A stretch of 64,000 nucleotides of DNA from Podarcis filfolensis (Eukaryota): assembly GCA_964270895.1 (NCBI GenBank), contig OZ185447.1; one strand, written 5' to 3'. This document shows positions 33,203-45,564 of this stretch, in pieces. Under the pieces are notes generated by a model that was given only the letters and a program-made list of their open reading frames with translations, made no database searches and was not told the origin of the DNA. Every line of letters begins with the position of its first letter. The first letter of the stretch is position 1. The position numbers and the translations under genes were made by a program.

Positions 33203-33647
33203 TGTGGCCCAGCATTATGTCCAACTGATTCTACCACCTTTGGGTGGAAACAGGGACTTGACATTCAGAAATATAGTCAAGTGCTCTGAGCATATTGTTA
33301 CCACATTCCTCAAACATCTACTTCATCCCCCAATCAACCCATCACTACCCCCTATTCTGTGCACACAATTGATCATCAAATCAATTGCCACAACTATCAG
33401 CAAACTGCTGCTCTTTCCATTTATCTCTAGCTAGTATGCAGTTGTTAAAGGCATAGAATAAAAAAGTGGTATCTTAAACTTGCTTTCTGCCCTCCGATTC
33501 CCTATGACATCTTAGGAGCTTGTATGAATAATGATAATTGTGGCTACTTAGTGGTAAGGGCTAAGCACTCTGCAGAGCCACTCTGTTTCCCATTAGGATT
33601 GGGTTCCTTATATTTTCAATGTGGTTTACCTGTATATTATGACTTAC

Positions 33648-33956
33648 CAGAATAATGCAAGTCCTTCTTAATCATGGTGTTGGTTGAGCTGTGATTCACA
33701 GTGCATGTATAGATTTCTGGCTCTCTCCACTCTTCTCCGCTGAGTACCCAACTGCAGGTCTTCTGGAACTTCCCATTACCAAGTGGGACCAGAGCTGATG
33801 AGTTAGGACTGCAGCTGAGCCTGTGTCCTTTGGTGGCCCATTCAATGTCTATATTTTTGGGATAGAAGTCGGTAGCAAAGCAAACAAGTTTCTGGCTTCC
33901 CCCATCTTCCGAGGTGTGGAATGCTATCACCTGCGGGGGAGCTGGTTGCAGAAAAT
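33648..33956 (-). CDS. IGHD: Ig delta Cdelta9 exon
   Basis: 309 nt; DFLQPAPPQVIAF...LVCFATDFYPKNIDIEW...EEW...YTCTVNHSST; AG/GTAAGT. Confidence 0.93.
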
Positions 33957-34474
33957 CTGAAATGAAAGGGTTGAGCTTTTGGTTGCAAAACAGAACATGC
34001 ATGGATAGAGAGCAGAGTTCCCTGTCAGTTCAAGTGCCTGGTTAATGAACACTGAGTTTGAACACTGAGAAGTACACACATTTCCTTAGAAGTGAAGCTC
34101 CTCTTCCCAATGATTTCAGTGGAAGCAACTTATGGAGGCTTGTTTCCAAGTGATGAACACACACATACATGTTCAGCACTGCTGCAAACTCCACATTCCT
34201 GCCATAACACCACAGACAGAGCTATCTTACCTCCGAAGTCAGCAGAGATATGCTGCTTTTTGACGGAGGAAGTTTAGTGTTCATCTGAATGTTGAGTTGT
34301 GATCATTGAGTTCATGCATGTATGAACTAACCTTCATTGTGGTGAGAATTGCTGCTGAGCAATTCTTCAACTCTCTTTTTTAGTGGCAGTGACCCACACA
34401 ACAATTTCTTCTGTGCAAGGTTAAGCCTTCTTCTTTCATTGGCTAGTGAAGCATTCTCCAGCACCCAGACTTAC

Positions 34475-34810
34475 CATACAAATGCTCACTGGCATTCTTC
34501 ATAAGAGTTAAGGACTCATGCCCCACAATGCAGGAATAGAGGGCTCTGCTTCTCCACTCAGATGCTGGGACTTTCAGAATGCTTTGGATGGTAAAAGTGG
34601 GGCTTCCAGCTTGGGCTGTTGAAGGCCCTGTGATATATTCAGAGACATCAATGTCTGTGTCATTCTTCTTCCACCTGATGAATATTTCAGCTGGGGAGAA
34701 TCCAGAGACCTCACAAGCCAACCAAGCTACAGCTTGGGATGTAGGTTGTATGAATTGTCTTGGTGATAGAATGACCAAGTTGAAAGATGGAGCTTTAACA
34801 TGGTTGGAAT
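34475..34810 (-). CDS. IGHD: Ig delta Cdelta8 exon
   Basis: 336 nt; ...AWLACEVSGFSPAEIFIRW...GSPTFTIQSILKVP...YSCIVGHES; resembles mammalian Cdelta3 (WLLCEVSGFSP). Confidence 0.95.
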
Positions 34811-34921
34811 CTATATGGAAGGGGATGAAAACAGAAATGCTGACAAGGTTGATATTCAATTAGAAGACACACGAAGAGAGAGCACTATGTTGGTGGGGGT
34901 GGGGAATAGTGAATCACACTA

Positions 34922-35646
34922 CAGTGGTACCTCGGTTTTCGAACAGCTTAGTTCATGAACAACTTGGAAATCGAATGCGGAAAACCTGGAAATAGGTGTT
35001 CTGGTTTGCGATCTTTGCTTCGGAAGCCGAACGTGCTACGTTTTGAGTCCCGAGCTCCTGTTTTTACTGTTGTGCTTGCTAATTTGCGCCCCCCATTGTA
35101 ATTCAAGTCTTCCCTTTCCGTTTTGCTGTTGCACTGCTAATTTGAGTCCCCCCATTGTAATTGCAGTGTTCTGAAGTGATATTTGGAGCTCATATTTGGT
35201 GATTTTGTTTTTGCTATTTATTTAGCGTTTTTGTTTTTGAGGCTTTTTCGGTTAATTTGTTTTTGTGACTGTGTGAAACCCAGCTCAGCTACTGATTGAT
35301 TGACTGTGTGACTGCAGAAATGGATAAAAGCCACCCCCCCATCCAAACAATGACTATCATCAGTGAAGGTAAGAAAAAAATAATTCAATTTTTATCATCT
35401 ACAATACTGTTTTATTTATTTTATAGTACAGTACATTGATTATTGCTTTCATTTTATGGAGCAATGGTCTCATTAGATAGTAAAATTCATGTTAAATTGC
35501 TGTTTTAGGGGTTGTTTTAAAAAGCCTGGAATGGATTAATCCACTTTGCATTACTTTCTATGAGAAAGCGCACCTTGGTTTTTGAATGCTTTGGTTTTTG
35601 AACGGACTTCCGGAACGGATTAAGTTTGAGAACCAAGGTACCACTG
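34922..35646. mobile_element. Tc1/mariner non-autonomous element (725 bp)
   Basis: CAGTGGTACCTCGG...CCAAGGTACCACTG termini with TA duplication. Confidence 0.88.
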
Positions 35647-35900
35647 TATTGATATACTGAAGACTGTATTTAATTTTCATGCTAAACTTTGAGATCTATG
35701 TCCATCTGAAGCCCCATTACTTTCTCATAAATTCGAGGCCTAGTCTCTGATGGTTGAGTGATGAGCGACAGGCACCACATACATTTTCCTCTATCCATCC
35801 ATTGGTATGCAGAATACTATTTCCTTTGGAGTTATCAGATGCTATTTTCATAACCAGTAGTTGTTCACTTATCACACATTTCTTCCATATCTTCTCTCAC

Positions 35901-36230
35901 CTTTGTTTTTTTGGATGGTCTGCTTCATGTCTGGGAAGAATGAGCAGGGATGAGAAATTAGGCACTGGATTGCATTTCCAGAATCCCAGGCCTCTCTGGT
36001 GATGGTCAACTGGCTTTGTAAGCTCTGGGTGAGGTTTGTGTGGCTTGTGATGTTTGCTTTTTCGGCATTCTTGGTGTAGTTTATGCCATTCACCATCCAG
36101 GTGAGCATGGCATGGTCCAGTTCGTATCCCACAACAAGGCAAATAAAGAGAGCTTTACTTTGGGTTAGTAGTTTCTCAAGAGGTGGCTTCAGGAGGTAGA
36201 GACTGGGAGGTGGGATGCTCCCTTTACATG
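35901..36230 (-). CDS. IGHD: Ig delta Cdelta7 exon
   Basis: 330 nt; ACKGSIPPPSLYLLKPPLEKLLTQSKALFICLVVGYELDHAMLTW...AWDSGNAIQCLISHP; closely resembles mammalian Cdelta2 motif pattern. Confidence 0.94.
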
Positions 36231-36788
36231 CTAGAGGGGAACAAAAGACAAAGATGGATTTTTATGATAGTCAGAGTAAAGCACTTGGCAGGAAGATAGA
36301 GAGAAATGGGGCACTGTGAGGAGAAGAGGAGCTGAGGGGTGAAGGGAGGTCCCAACTTTTTCAACAACACATTTGGAAACTGCACCAAATTCCCCATGGT
36401 GTAGGGTTGCCATACGCCTGGAGTTTCCCAGACATAGCCAGAAAACTGCAGTTGGAAGCAGTGTCCCATGTTGACAGTGTTGTTTTCGGCGAAAATGCTC
36501 AACAACTTTGGGCAAAACTAAAAAAAACACAACTTCAACAATTTTTGTCTCTGGATTTTCACTTTTTGAAATATGGCAGCCGTATCTGGTGAAGCCAATC
36601 ATTTCCCCTTCAGATGGCCTACATTAGTCAAGTCCTCAGAAATGTGATTTATACATTCTATGCCCAACACACTATCGTAGTGCAGGATGGGATTGTCTAC
36701 TGATGACACCTGATTGCCTGGGAGTCTGTTTGCCTTAGATCTGACAGGAACCAGGGAAAATGGACTAAGGAGAGCAAGAGAGGGACAA

Positions 36789-36791
<3 letters not shown>

Positions 36792-36859
<68 letters not shown>
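36792..36859. repeat. (TG)n(AG)n compound microsatellite
   Basis: Direct reading; similar tracts at 7582-7610 and 52892-52936. Confidence 0.95.
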
Positions 36860-36862
<3 letters not shown>

Positions 36863-36890
36863 AGATTCTGCAGTGGGCTTGGAAAATCAC

Positions 36891-37217
36891 CTGTGCACTT
36901 GCTGATGCTGCTTGTCTGGATGTTACTTGTATCAGGTTGCCTTGCTCTGCAAGTATACTTCTGTAGTGTGTTCCATTCCTTCAGGGGCACAACCAAGTTG
37001 CTCCTGGTATAAAACTGGCCAGCATTCTTCAGAAGGTCTGCAGGCTTGGAGGCCTCTTGAGCCTTCCCACTGGCCTCCCAGATGACTTGGATGTTCTCTA
37101 GGGAGTTGCCATAGATGGAGCAGACTAAAGTGATGTTACCACTGTTCCCCAGTCCTGTGCTGGGACAGAGTGGGTCAATGCTGAGAGTCAGTGAGAGAGC
37201 TGTCGGCACAATCCAGT
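36891..37217 (-). CDS. IGHD: Ig delta Cdelta6 exon
   Basis: 327 nt; DWIVPTALSLTLSIDPLC...LVCSIYG...VIW...KEWNTLQKYTCRA...SKCT; AG/GTGATT. Confidence 0.92.
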
Positions 37218-37614
37218 CTGAAGAGAAAGAGAGGGAAAGGCAAATCTATTTTGTTGGTGAGCGTTGGATTCTTCAAAATAACACTAGTGACGCTGGAATA
37301 AAACCATCAGTGGTTTGGGAATAGAATGTCCTATCTATATTCTTTTTCTTCCTGCTTTGCCTCTCCCATATTCAGCTTTGTATCTCAATTTTTTCACTAT
37401 TGCTTCTGTCCATGATTCAGCCATCAGACCTGCTGTCCCAAGCAAAAGAACTTTGTCTCTTAATTTCTATCCAACTCCAGAAAACTCATTGGCTGCTCTG
37501 ATAATGGGTGGCTAGCTAGGCCTGACTTAAGTGGCAACGCTTAATTTTCATTGTCTGAGGGATTCAGCCCAGAAATTCTGGCAATTTGTTGTGTGGTTTA
37601 TTGTTCAACATTAC

Positions 37615-37911
37615 CTTTTCTTGAGATGTTCCTGACCACCTTTGTATTTGTTGCCTCATGCACCACCTCGCATGTGTTGATCTCCACTTCTTGCCATTGA
37701 GAGATGGGCATTTCCAACTGGTTGCTGGAACTGTATGTCCCGTCCGCCATCTTTCGTTCCCCAAATGTTACTTTCTTGTTTTGTGGACCAGCCTTCCACT
37801 TGATGCTCACATTTGGGGGTCTGTAGTTAGATGCGATGCACTTCAGCGTGATGGTTTTATTTTCTTGGTCTATTGACTGCAGGAGTTCAACAGTAGGTGC
37901 TTGAAGCTGGT
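37615..37911 (-). CDS. IGHD: Ig delta Cdelta5 exon
   Basis: 297 nt; DQLQAPTVELLQS...LKCIASNYRPPNVSIKW...QW...NTCEVVHEAT; AG/GTAATG. Confidence 0.92.
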
Positions 37912-38829
37912 CTGTGAAGAAACTTCTGTTATAAGTAGCCATCATAAAATGGGGAAGAGTAGCATTGCAGGGTAGGTTAGGAAGACATCAAATTACCTGT
38001 ATTAAGAAAAAGGAAGTCCTCAGGAGCATAAGCGAAAGAAATGAAGAAATTCTTCATGAGTGAAACAAAGTGGAACAGCAACAGGACCTTGTGTGAATTC
38101 CTGGCATAGGCGGTAGAAGTGTTGTTGTGCGATAGGTGGGGGAAGCTGACAGAACTGAATTTTGAGCATGCGCAGAAAGTGTGGCAGGGGGTCAAGCATC
38201 AGTTGGGTGAACCCAGCAATGCTAGGTGCAGAGCAGAGGTCCTTAGGTCAATGAAGTTAAGAGTTGTGTTGAATGAGGATATATTGTCTCCACAACTGCT
38301 TACGCCTAAAGGTTATCCTGCCTGTGTGCTGAGTTCAGAGGACAAGACAATTCTCTCTGGTACCAACAGTTTGGAGAGACTCACCAAAGCCTGAACTCTG
38401 ATCCACAGATGCGCCAAGTTTTTCTCAGGTGAATGTGTAAACTTCTCCTCATTGGAAAGCAGAGAAGTGAGGCGAGGTGGTAAGAATGTTCTGCCTGTGG
38501 TGTTTTTTGATAGCTGTCTTGCACATGCAAGTCATCACCAGAAACATTTGTACAATGAATATGCCTGGAAATATGCTGTGAGGTTTTGCTGAGAGTGCTG
38601 CACACCACATCTACCTGCACGGGCTTTAGGGTTAAGCTTTGCACCATGAGTGAGATTTCAGGAGATATCTAACCGAGGCTTTGTTACATCCTGACTTCAA
38701 GTTCATTGTATATTAGGTTGCATCCTGTGAATGTGTACTCTTGGTATGTGATCCTTTGCCCTGGTCCAAGTGGATTACCATCCCACTGTTAGTTTATGCT
38801 TTGGTCCTTGTTACTTGTGCACCCCCTCC

Positions 38830-39296
38830 CAGAGGCGGAGCAAGGTGGGGGTGGGGCTCCCCAGGTGCCATCCCTGACAGGGGTGACAAAATCCTGGCTG
38901 GGCTAGATCGCGTCCCCCAGCTGCGCCACCACGCCAGATTGTGCCCCCCCGGTGCAGACCGCCACACCGAATCGTGCCTTCTGGCCCGGCCACGGTGGTG
39001 GAGTGTGCCCCCTGACCTGGCCATGTGGGCTGATTGCGCCCTCCGCCCGGGTGTGATCGCCCCACACCCTGGGTTGGGAGTCGTGGGGGCAGCGCGCCGT
39101 TACCCCGTGCTCCCGTCTGGAGGAGGCAGGCAGGCAGGGGAGAGGATGGGAAGCAGGCAGGTGGGCAAAAACAGAGGGGGTGGGAATGGGTGCCACACGC
39201 CCCATCCCGTCCCTCCCGGTGGGCGCTGCGCTCGTTGTCCAGTCCCTCCCAATGGGCAGTTCGCCCTGCCCTTATAGGCGGTTCACACCGCCCCTG
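38830..39296. mobile_element. GC/CpG-rich DNA-transposon-like insertion
   Basis: CAGAGGCGG...CCGCCCCTG imperfect inverted ends, sharp GC contrast, shares GCCCGGTGC motifs with 41894-42050; no clear TSD. Confidence 0.55.
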
Positions 39297-39344
39297 GTGT
39301 CAGAGAGGCTTCTTCCGCCACTGTCCCCTCCTCACAGAAATATT

Positions 39345-39495
39345 CAGATAGCTCAGTTGGTTAGAATGTGGTGCTAATAATACAAAGGTCGCAGGTTTGA
39401 TCCCTGTAAGAGACAGCTGCATATTCCTGCATGCAGGGGTTGGACTAAATGATCCTCAGGGTCCCTTCCAACTCTAATCAATGATTCTATTATAT
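39345..39495 (+). mobile_element. tRNA-derived SINE with CR1-type tail
   Basis: GCTCAGTTGGTTAGA head; GGACTAAATGATCCTCAGGGTCCCTTCCAACTCT...GATTCTAT tail. Confidence 0.8.
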
Positions 39496-39794
39496 GTAGC
39501 TGCAACCACTGCAAATTAGGGGCAGGCAAGCACTCTTGGCCCTGTTGAAGGGAATACAGTGGCTCAGTGTTGATTCTCCTCTTTCCTATGTCTTCAGTGT
39601 TCTCCATCTACTCTTCTCTGAATCAAGGCACAGTTGCTTCTTCCTGTATTGCTGAATAGGTGGCTACATCCCAACTGTAGTGTTGCACTGGTGTAACACT
39701 GATGTAACACTGGTTGCATTAGTGTACAGTGTGAAATCTGCAATGGCAGAAGAACCCTTGTACCGAATCCCAAACTTTTTACCATACCCTACTT

Positions 39795-40340
39795 TTCATT
39801 CATTCATTCATTCATTCATTCATCATTTTATTTGTATGCCGCCTTTCCATAGTTAAAACAACACTCAAGGCGGCTTACAACATGACAAGATTTGCACAAT
39901 TACCAACATAACAAAAGCCATAAACAATAAATAAAACACATAAAAAAGCACACAACCAAATGGAAAGCAATTTCCACATAAATCATAAAATCTAAAACTA
40001 AGAATACAGCATTAATATCAATCACAATTTAAAACGACATAGATAAAAAATAAAAGCATTTTTTTTTAAAAAAACCAAACAATAAAAACAGAGCCCTCCC
40101 AACAGCAGCAGCAGCACTCCTTTTTGGAGCCTGTCAGGCCCCATCCCAAGCCAGGTGGATAGAAGCGGGGCAGAGCCCTTCAGGCTCTCAGCAGGTCACT
40201 CGTTAGGGCTTTTAAAACAAATATAGCAACTTACAATATTTAGAGATAAGGGAAAGGAACAAGACCTTTTCCTGTGAACAGGCCTTTCTTAGCTTTGGTG
40301 CGTCTATCTCCTAGCTATGACCATGTGTGACCTACTAAAA
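39795..40340 (-). mobile_element. L2/CR1-type LINE 3' end with (GAAT)n tail
   Basis: GCCGCCTTGAG...GAAAGGCGGCATACAAATAAAA(TGAA)n on minus strand. Confidence 0.6.
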
Positions 40341-40444
40341 AATGCAACCTTCTCTAGAGAGGAAAGTGTTAGAAGGTTATCACTCATACAAAGAGCCTGA
40401 CCGATCTTTGCAAGCTCGGCACCCACCTTGGGAGATTCACTTAC

Positions 40445-40765
40445 CAATGGGTACCTTTTCACTCTTAGTGAGTGGCTGGTTGGACGAGGAATGGTGGACC
40501 ACACAGCTGTAGCTGCCGCCCTTCCCCCCTGCTTCGTCTCTGCCAATTTTAAGGATGCTGTAAGTGGTGTACCCCTTCCCAGCTGGTGTCACTGGTCCGT
40601 TGTCATACAGTGTTTCATTCAGGATATTGTTGTCCTTCTTCCATGAGATGCTAATTTCCTCTGGGGAAAACCCATTCACATTGCAGACAAGAATCAGGGC
40701 CACGGTACTCTGGAGCGAGACGTCAAAGTTGGCTTTCGAAACGGTGATGGAGGGCTCCATGGTTT
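40445..40765 (-). CDS. IGHD: Ig delta Cdelta4 exon
   Basis: 321 nt; QTMEPSITVS...LVCNVNGFSPEEISISWKK...YSCVVHHSS; AG/GTAAGT. Confidence 0.93.
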
Positions 40766-40924
40766 CTGAATTCAAAAGACGGAGACTATCATTATTAATG
40801 AAGTGCCTAGATTTGTGCTGGCAGACTTGCTCAGGACAATATCTCTCTCTCTCTCCCTCCCTCTCTCTCTCACACACACGCACATGGTTTGTGTATGTGA
40901 GAGAGACTCATAAACCAATTAAAA

Positions 40925-41666
40925 CAATCCACAATGCAGCTCCTAGACTGGTGACTGAGAGTGGCCACTGGGACCATATAACACTGGTTCTAAAAGATCT
41001 GCATTGGCTTCCAGTGCGTTTCTGAGCACAATTCAAAGAGTTGGTGTTGAACTTTAAAGTCCTAAATGGCTTTGGTCCTGTATACCTGAAGGAGTAAAGG
41101 TAAAGGACCCCCTGGATGGTTAAGTCCAGTTGAATTTGACTATGAGGAACGACGCTCATGTCGCTTTTCAGGCCGAGGGAGCTGGTATTTGTCCACAGAC
41201 AGCTTTCTGGGTCATGTGGCCAGCATGACTAAACCGCTTCTGGCGCAACGGAACACCATGACGGAAGCCAGAGTGCATGGAAACGCCGTTTACCTTCCCT
41301 CAGTGGTACAGTACCTATTTATCTACTTGCACTGGTATGCTTTTGAACTGCAATTGTCTCCACCCCATCATTCAGCCCAGACACTGAGGTCCAGGTTTGA
41401 GGACCTTCTGGTGGTTCCCTCATTGCTAGAACTATAATTACAGGGAACCAAGCAGGAATCAGGCCTGCCCTGTGGAACGCCCTCCCATCAGATGTTAAAT
41501 AACTATATGATTTTTCGTAGGCATCTGAAGGTCTTGTTCCGGGAAGCTTTTAATGTTTGATGCATTGTTTGTTTGTTTTTTGTTTCCATTCACCTCTGTA
41601 TTGTGTTGGAAGCCACCCAGAGTGTCTGAGGTAACCCAAGTCAGATGGGCAAGGTATAAGAAATAA

Positions 41667-41710
<44 letters not shown>
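40925..41710 (+). mobile_element. L2 LINE 3' fragment with nested Sauria-like SINE (about 41095-41345)
   Basis: HNAAPRLVT...DHITLVLKDLHWLPV L2 RT C-terminal motif; (TTA)n tail. Confidence 0.8.
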
Positions 41711-41893
41711 GTGGGTGCCTCACTGATTTCTCACTGCAGGCACCAGAACTATGTGGTTAGGCCACAAACACCAAGAAGAATCACAGCCAATTACTGGCCC
41801 TTAAAGGTAATAATGTAGAAAGTTTGTAATCAGAGCAGAAGGAGAACTTGATAGCTGAGTTTACTTCTAGCAGCCAGACCTAGACATCCATAC

Positions 41894-42050
41894 CAGTGGC
41901 ATAGCGTGGGTTGTCAGCACCCGGGGCAAGGCAAGTAATTTGCGCCCCCTAACCCGTGGATTTGCGCCCCCTAACCCGTGGATTTGCCCTAACCCCAGAT
42001 GTTGCGCCCGGTGCGGCCCGCCCCCCTGCACCCCCCACGCTACGCCACTG
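41894..42050. mobile_element. hAT-type MITE with perfect 8-bp TSD
   Basis: CAGTGGCATAGCGTGGG...CCCACGCTACGCCACTG termini; ATCCATAC on both sides. Confidence 0.92.
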
Positions 42051-42062
42051 ATCCATACTTAC

Positions 42063-42386
42063 GTGTTTCTTTCTTGATTGTTAATTGTTTGATGACTTCT
42101 TCATAGCAACCTCCAGCCACTTTGCAGGTGAATCTGGTACCCTTTCTCCATTGTTCCAAAGATATCGTGTGGGTGTTTTTAATCTCCTGTTCTCCACTGG
42201 CGTCCTTTCCCCTCATGGTCTTCTGACCCATAGTACTGGGCTTGCCATCCACATCCCAAGTAACTTCAATGTTTTCAAGGCCAAAACCAACCACAGCACA
42301 AGTAACATTGGCTGTCCCTTCAACCACGTCTCTATAGGATGGCTTGATGATGGAGACAGTAGGTTTTAGCAGTGAAGCATAGCAGG
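42063..42386 (-). CDS. IGHD: Ig delta Cdelta3 exon
   Basis: 324 nt; ACYASLLKPTVSIIKPSYRDVVEGTANVTCAVVG...VTWDVDG...QWRKGTRFTCKV; AG/GTAAGT. Confidence 0.93.
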
Positions 42387-42739
42387 CTGGAGAGGAGGGT
42401 AAGATACAGAGATTGGGAAAGATTCTTTAAAATCCTTGAATGTGCAAAAAACACACCCACCCAAAATGAGAACGAACACTAGCTGTCCATAGTTACTTGG
42501 AAACAAACTCCATTAAATACAGAGGGTCATGCTTATCAGTAGATATGAAAGGGCTGTTGCATATACAAATATTGGATGTATGTCCTTTTTTTGAGGTAAA
42601 ATGTGGATAAAACAATGTTTCCCCATTTTTACTTTTTTCATTTGTAAAATCTAGGCATAATTTTATTGGGATTGATTTGACTGTAGAGAGAAACTATCTG
42701 TATTCTCTTTGTCTACTTTGCCAATTATATCCATCACCT

Positions 42740-42857
42740 TTCCCCCCCAATATGGCCGCTGAGACCATATAACACCAGTCCTGAAAGACCTGCATTAGCT
42801 CCCAGTACATTTCTGAGCACAATTCAAAGTGCTGGTGCCAGATGGACGGGGTATGTA

Positions 42858-42900
<43 letters not shown>

Positions 42901-42905
42901 ATATC
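42740..42905 (+). mobile_element. Internally deleted L2 3' fragment with (TAAA)n tail
   Basis: Matches 40975-41045 then jumps to CAGATGG...TATAAATAAATA. Confidence 0.6.
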
Positions 42906-43041
42906 TCTCCCTTTTAGGTGACCTGGTCTTAAGCTGTTTATAACATAGCTCTGTTGCATACATCCTGGCAAGCCCCTGGTAATAATGCATAACCTCCACC
43001 CACCCATCATTCCCTTATCCTTAAGAGCTGGTAGTTCTTAC

Positions 43042-43377
43042 CCTGGCACTTGCTGGTGTTGTACATTATGATGTCCGGGCTGCGAGCTGATCGAGCCACT
43101 TTACATGTGTAGATGTCCCCTCTGTCCCAGCTCTCTTTGGTGATATTCCGTTGGACAAATCTGGAGTAGCTACTGCTTTTCCCTTGGTCCGCTGCCAGTG
43201 ACACCTGCACTCTGCCCTGCTCCACTTCTCCATTCCTCAGCCATTCCACATAGGCTTTCCCAGGGCCAAGGCTCCGGAGGAAGCATACCAGGTCTAGGCT
43301 GGTCTCTGCGGCCTGCTCACCGCAGCTGGGGGTCAAGATGTTAACTTGGATTGGCTTTCGAGCTTGTAGAGTGCAAT
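43042..43377 (-). CDS. IGHD: Ig delta Cdelta2 exon
   Basis: 336 nt; DCTLQARKPIQVNILTPSC...LVCFL...VEWLRNG...SWDRGDIYTCKV...SKCQ; AG/GTAAGA. Confidence 0.93.
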
Positions 43378-45564
43378 CTGAGAGCAGAGAGCAGATTTTT
43401 GTTATGTTTGCTGGATTAATTCGTATAAGACAGCCTACAGAAAACCTATATAAGATGAGGCAAGATAGAAAAACAAACTATGAAAACGCTAACAAGTAAA
43501 ACATAACTGAAAGTATTAACATAGGGGTGGAGAAGCAGTGGTTCTTCAGATGCTGTTTGACTCCTCTCTGCACCAGTCAGTCTGGCCCAATGGTCAGGAT
43601 GATGGGGGTAAGAATTCAGCAACCTCTGGAGGAACACAGGTTCTCATCCGTGCTTTAAAACAACATCAGAACACATAATGCCCTCCATACCTCAAGAGTT
43701 GGGGTTTAGGTTTCTATTTTAAAAGTGTCCTTCCTTTCAAAAACAGCATGAGAAAAAGAGGAAATCTGGGGAGAAACTATGTGCGACATTAAGTGCATTC
43801 TTTCATATTGTGTGCATCTTTTAAAAAATATTAAATAGCAGATGCTGGAGCATGGGAAAGTGGGCTAATAGGATTTGCATGTGGTGTGTACACAGAGAGG
43901 AGATTAATCATTTCCCTCCAGACTGTGATCCTGACAAAATCACCCCATCCTGAAGCTGCTACTGCGCATGGGAGGGAACGTAAGATTGACATCCATGGTA
44001 GCTTCCAATTCATGCCAAATAGCAGCTGGAGAAGGGAGGGGGCACAATTTTCAATTGGATCACAGTCCAGGAGGAAGAGGTTACCTGTTTCTTGGAGCCT
44101 CTCCAGTAGCTGATTTTTATATCGTTTTTAAAAAGGATGCACAAAACCATAATCCCTGTGTTTAATGTCAAACATCCTCCGGCTCTCAAAGGGGGCAGGT
44201 TCATCTTTCAAATGCCCATGCTAATAATGCCAATTGTATGCTTCACATGAGCATTTTATAAAGTTGACTGGAAATGTATTGGGGAGGCTGGAATGTCACC
44301 TTAACGGCGGCTGCTCTCTGTCTCATCAACATGGCAGAATGTGATAAAGCATGTTGTGACTGAAGGATGTGCTTTTAGCCTTGTTAAATCAGTTCCCTGG
44401 AATGCTCTTCCTTGAAAAAGCGTCTTCTCCTTCATGAAGAGCACGTGTTGCGGTGGGAGCTAGCAAGACACCGACTGTTGCTGGGCAAAAAAGAGTTTGG
44501 CCACCATTATCATTGTGCTGCCTGTTGCTGGGGAGATTTAAATGTTGCTATTTCATGATTGACAGCCATAGCTCTTAAATACCCTGCGTGCAGCGTTGAG
44601 CTTCCTCTTTTCACTGCGCGGATCGGAACACCCGCCCTCCCTCCCTGTTTTCAGGTTGTTCGCTTGACTTTGCTATGCCTGTCATGGGGTCATGTGCTTT
44701 TGGGGCAGGGGCCCTGTAGGAATTTTGTCCATTTGGCTGATTGGCTGGTGCCATTTGGTTTTTGCCTACTGCGTAGCAAATTGTCACAACTTGTAAGGTT
44801 GCGGTTAGGCATTGGTTTTGGAATTGGTTGGTGGAGGGGTATGGATTGCCTGTGCCTGCCCCTCCAAAGTGCTGCTGCTGCAGGGGTTTTCCATTAAAGG
44901 AACCCGGGGGTTCGCCATGCTTTTGTTCGAACCCTGTCAAGGGGCTAGGGCCACGCAAGAGCCCCTGGGAGCATTTGGGGAGAGGTGAGGGAGCATGGTT
45001 CCCAGTCCCGTCTCTCTCCCCAAAATGTTTTTCCCCTTTCTGACTTCGCAGGCGTGCGAATGTCAGTCTGTCCCCGTGCGGGGTCAGATAGTCGCAACCA
45101 ATGCCCAAGCAACCACCCACATTGCTTGTAATTTTAATACAGTTGTGGCTAAAATTATGCCAAAAACCTTAAACTAAAATTATGTGTCAATTGTGTTTTA
45201 TTGGGGGGTGTCTTGGGGACCTCGGCACGCAATGACAGAAGCCCTAACGCTGTTATGCTTTCAGTATATGTTGAAGCTGTTTCTCCCATGCCTTCCCTAA
45301 TTAGTGCATTCTTTCAGTTTTTGTTGACTTCACATTTCCAACTTTGTATTATAATCTGTATTAGATTCAGATTTTAAAATTTTTGTCTTTTTTGATCGTG
45401 GTGGTCAGTTTTGTTTTTTGTTTTTCAAAAAAATGCTGAAGTGAATTAAAAACATGGGTAAAATTTGCTCAAAATAATAGCTGACTCTGTTTGTGCGTGG
45501 CATTTTTTAAGATCCCAACAATCTGCTTTTGCCCCCCACCCGCCGCTGTCATCCCACATCTTAC

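Noticed and set aside
38741-39377. Several overlapping long ORFs
   Set aside because: GC-rich transposon-like insert depleted of stop codons; no recognisable protein motif.
39345-39420. tRNA-like sequence
   Set aside because: Degenerate head of a SINE continuing into a CR1-type tail; likewise the tRNA-like heads near 19975, 30900 and 49840.
39827-40444. Secreted four-domain IgD from Cdelta4 read-through (IGK*) using a LINE-derived AATAAA
   Set aside because: GTAAGTGA donors give K* by consensus (also after both mu CH1 exons); no independent support.
41945-41996. CCCTAACCC telomere-like motifs
   Set aside because: Part of a 22-bp internal tandem repeat of the hAT MITE, not a TTAGGG array.
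43480-43530. Hydrophobic mini-ORF MLILSVMFYLLAFS* as a leader for V-less IgD
   Set aside because: Ends in a stop with no credible donor; lies in AT-rich, probably repeat-derived sequence.
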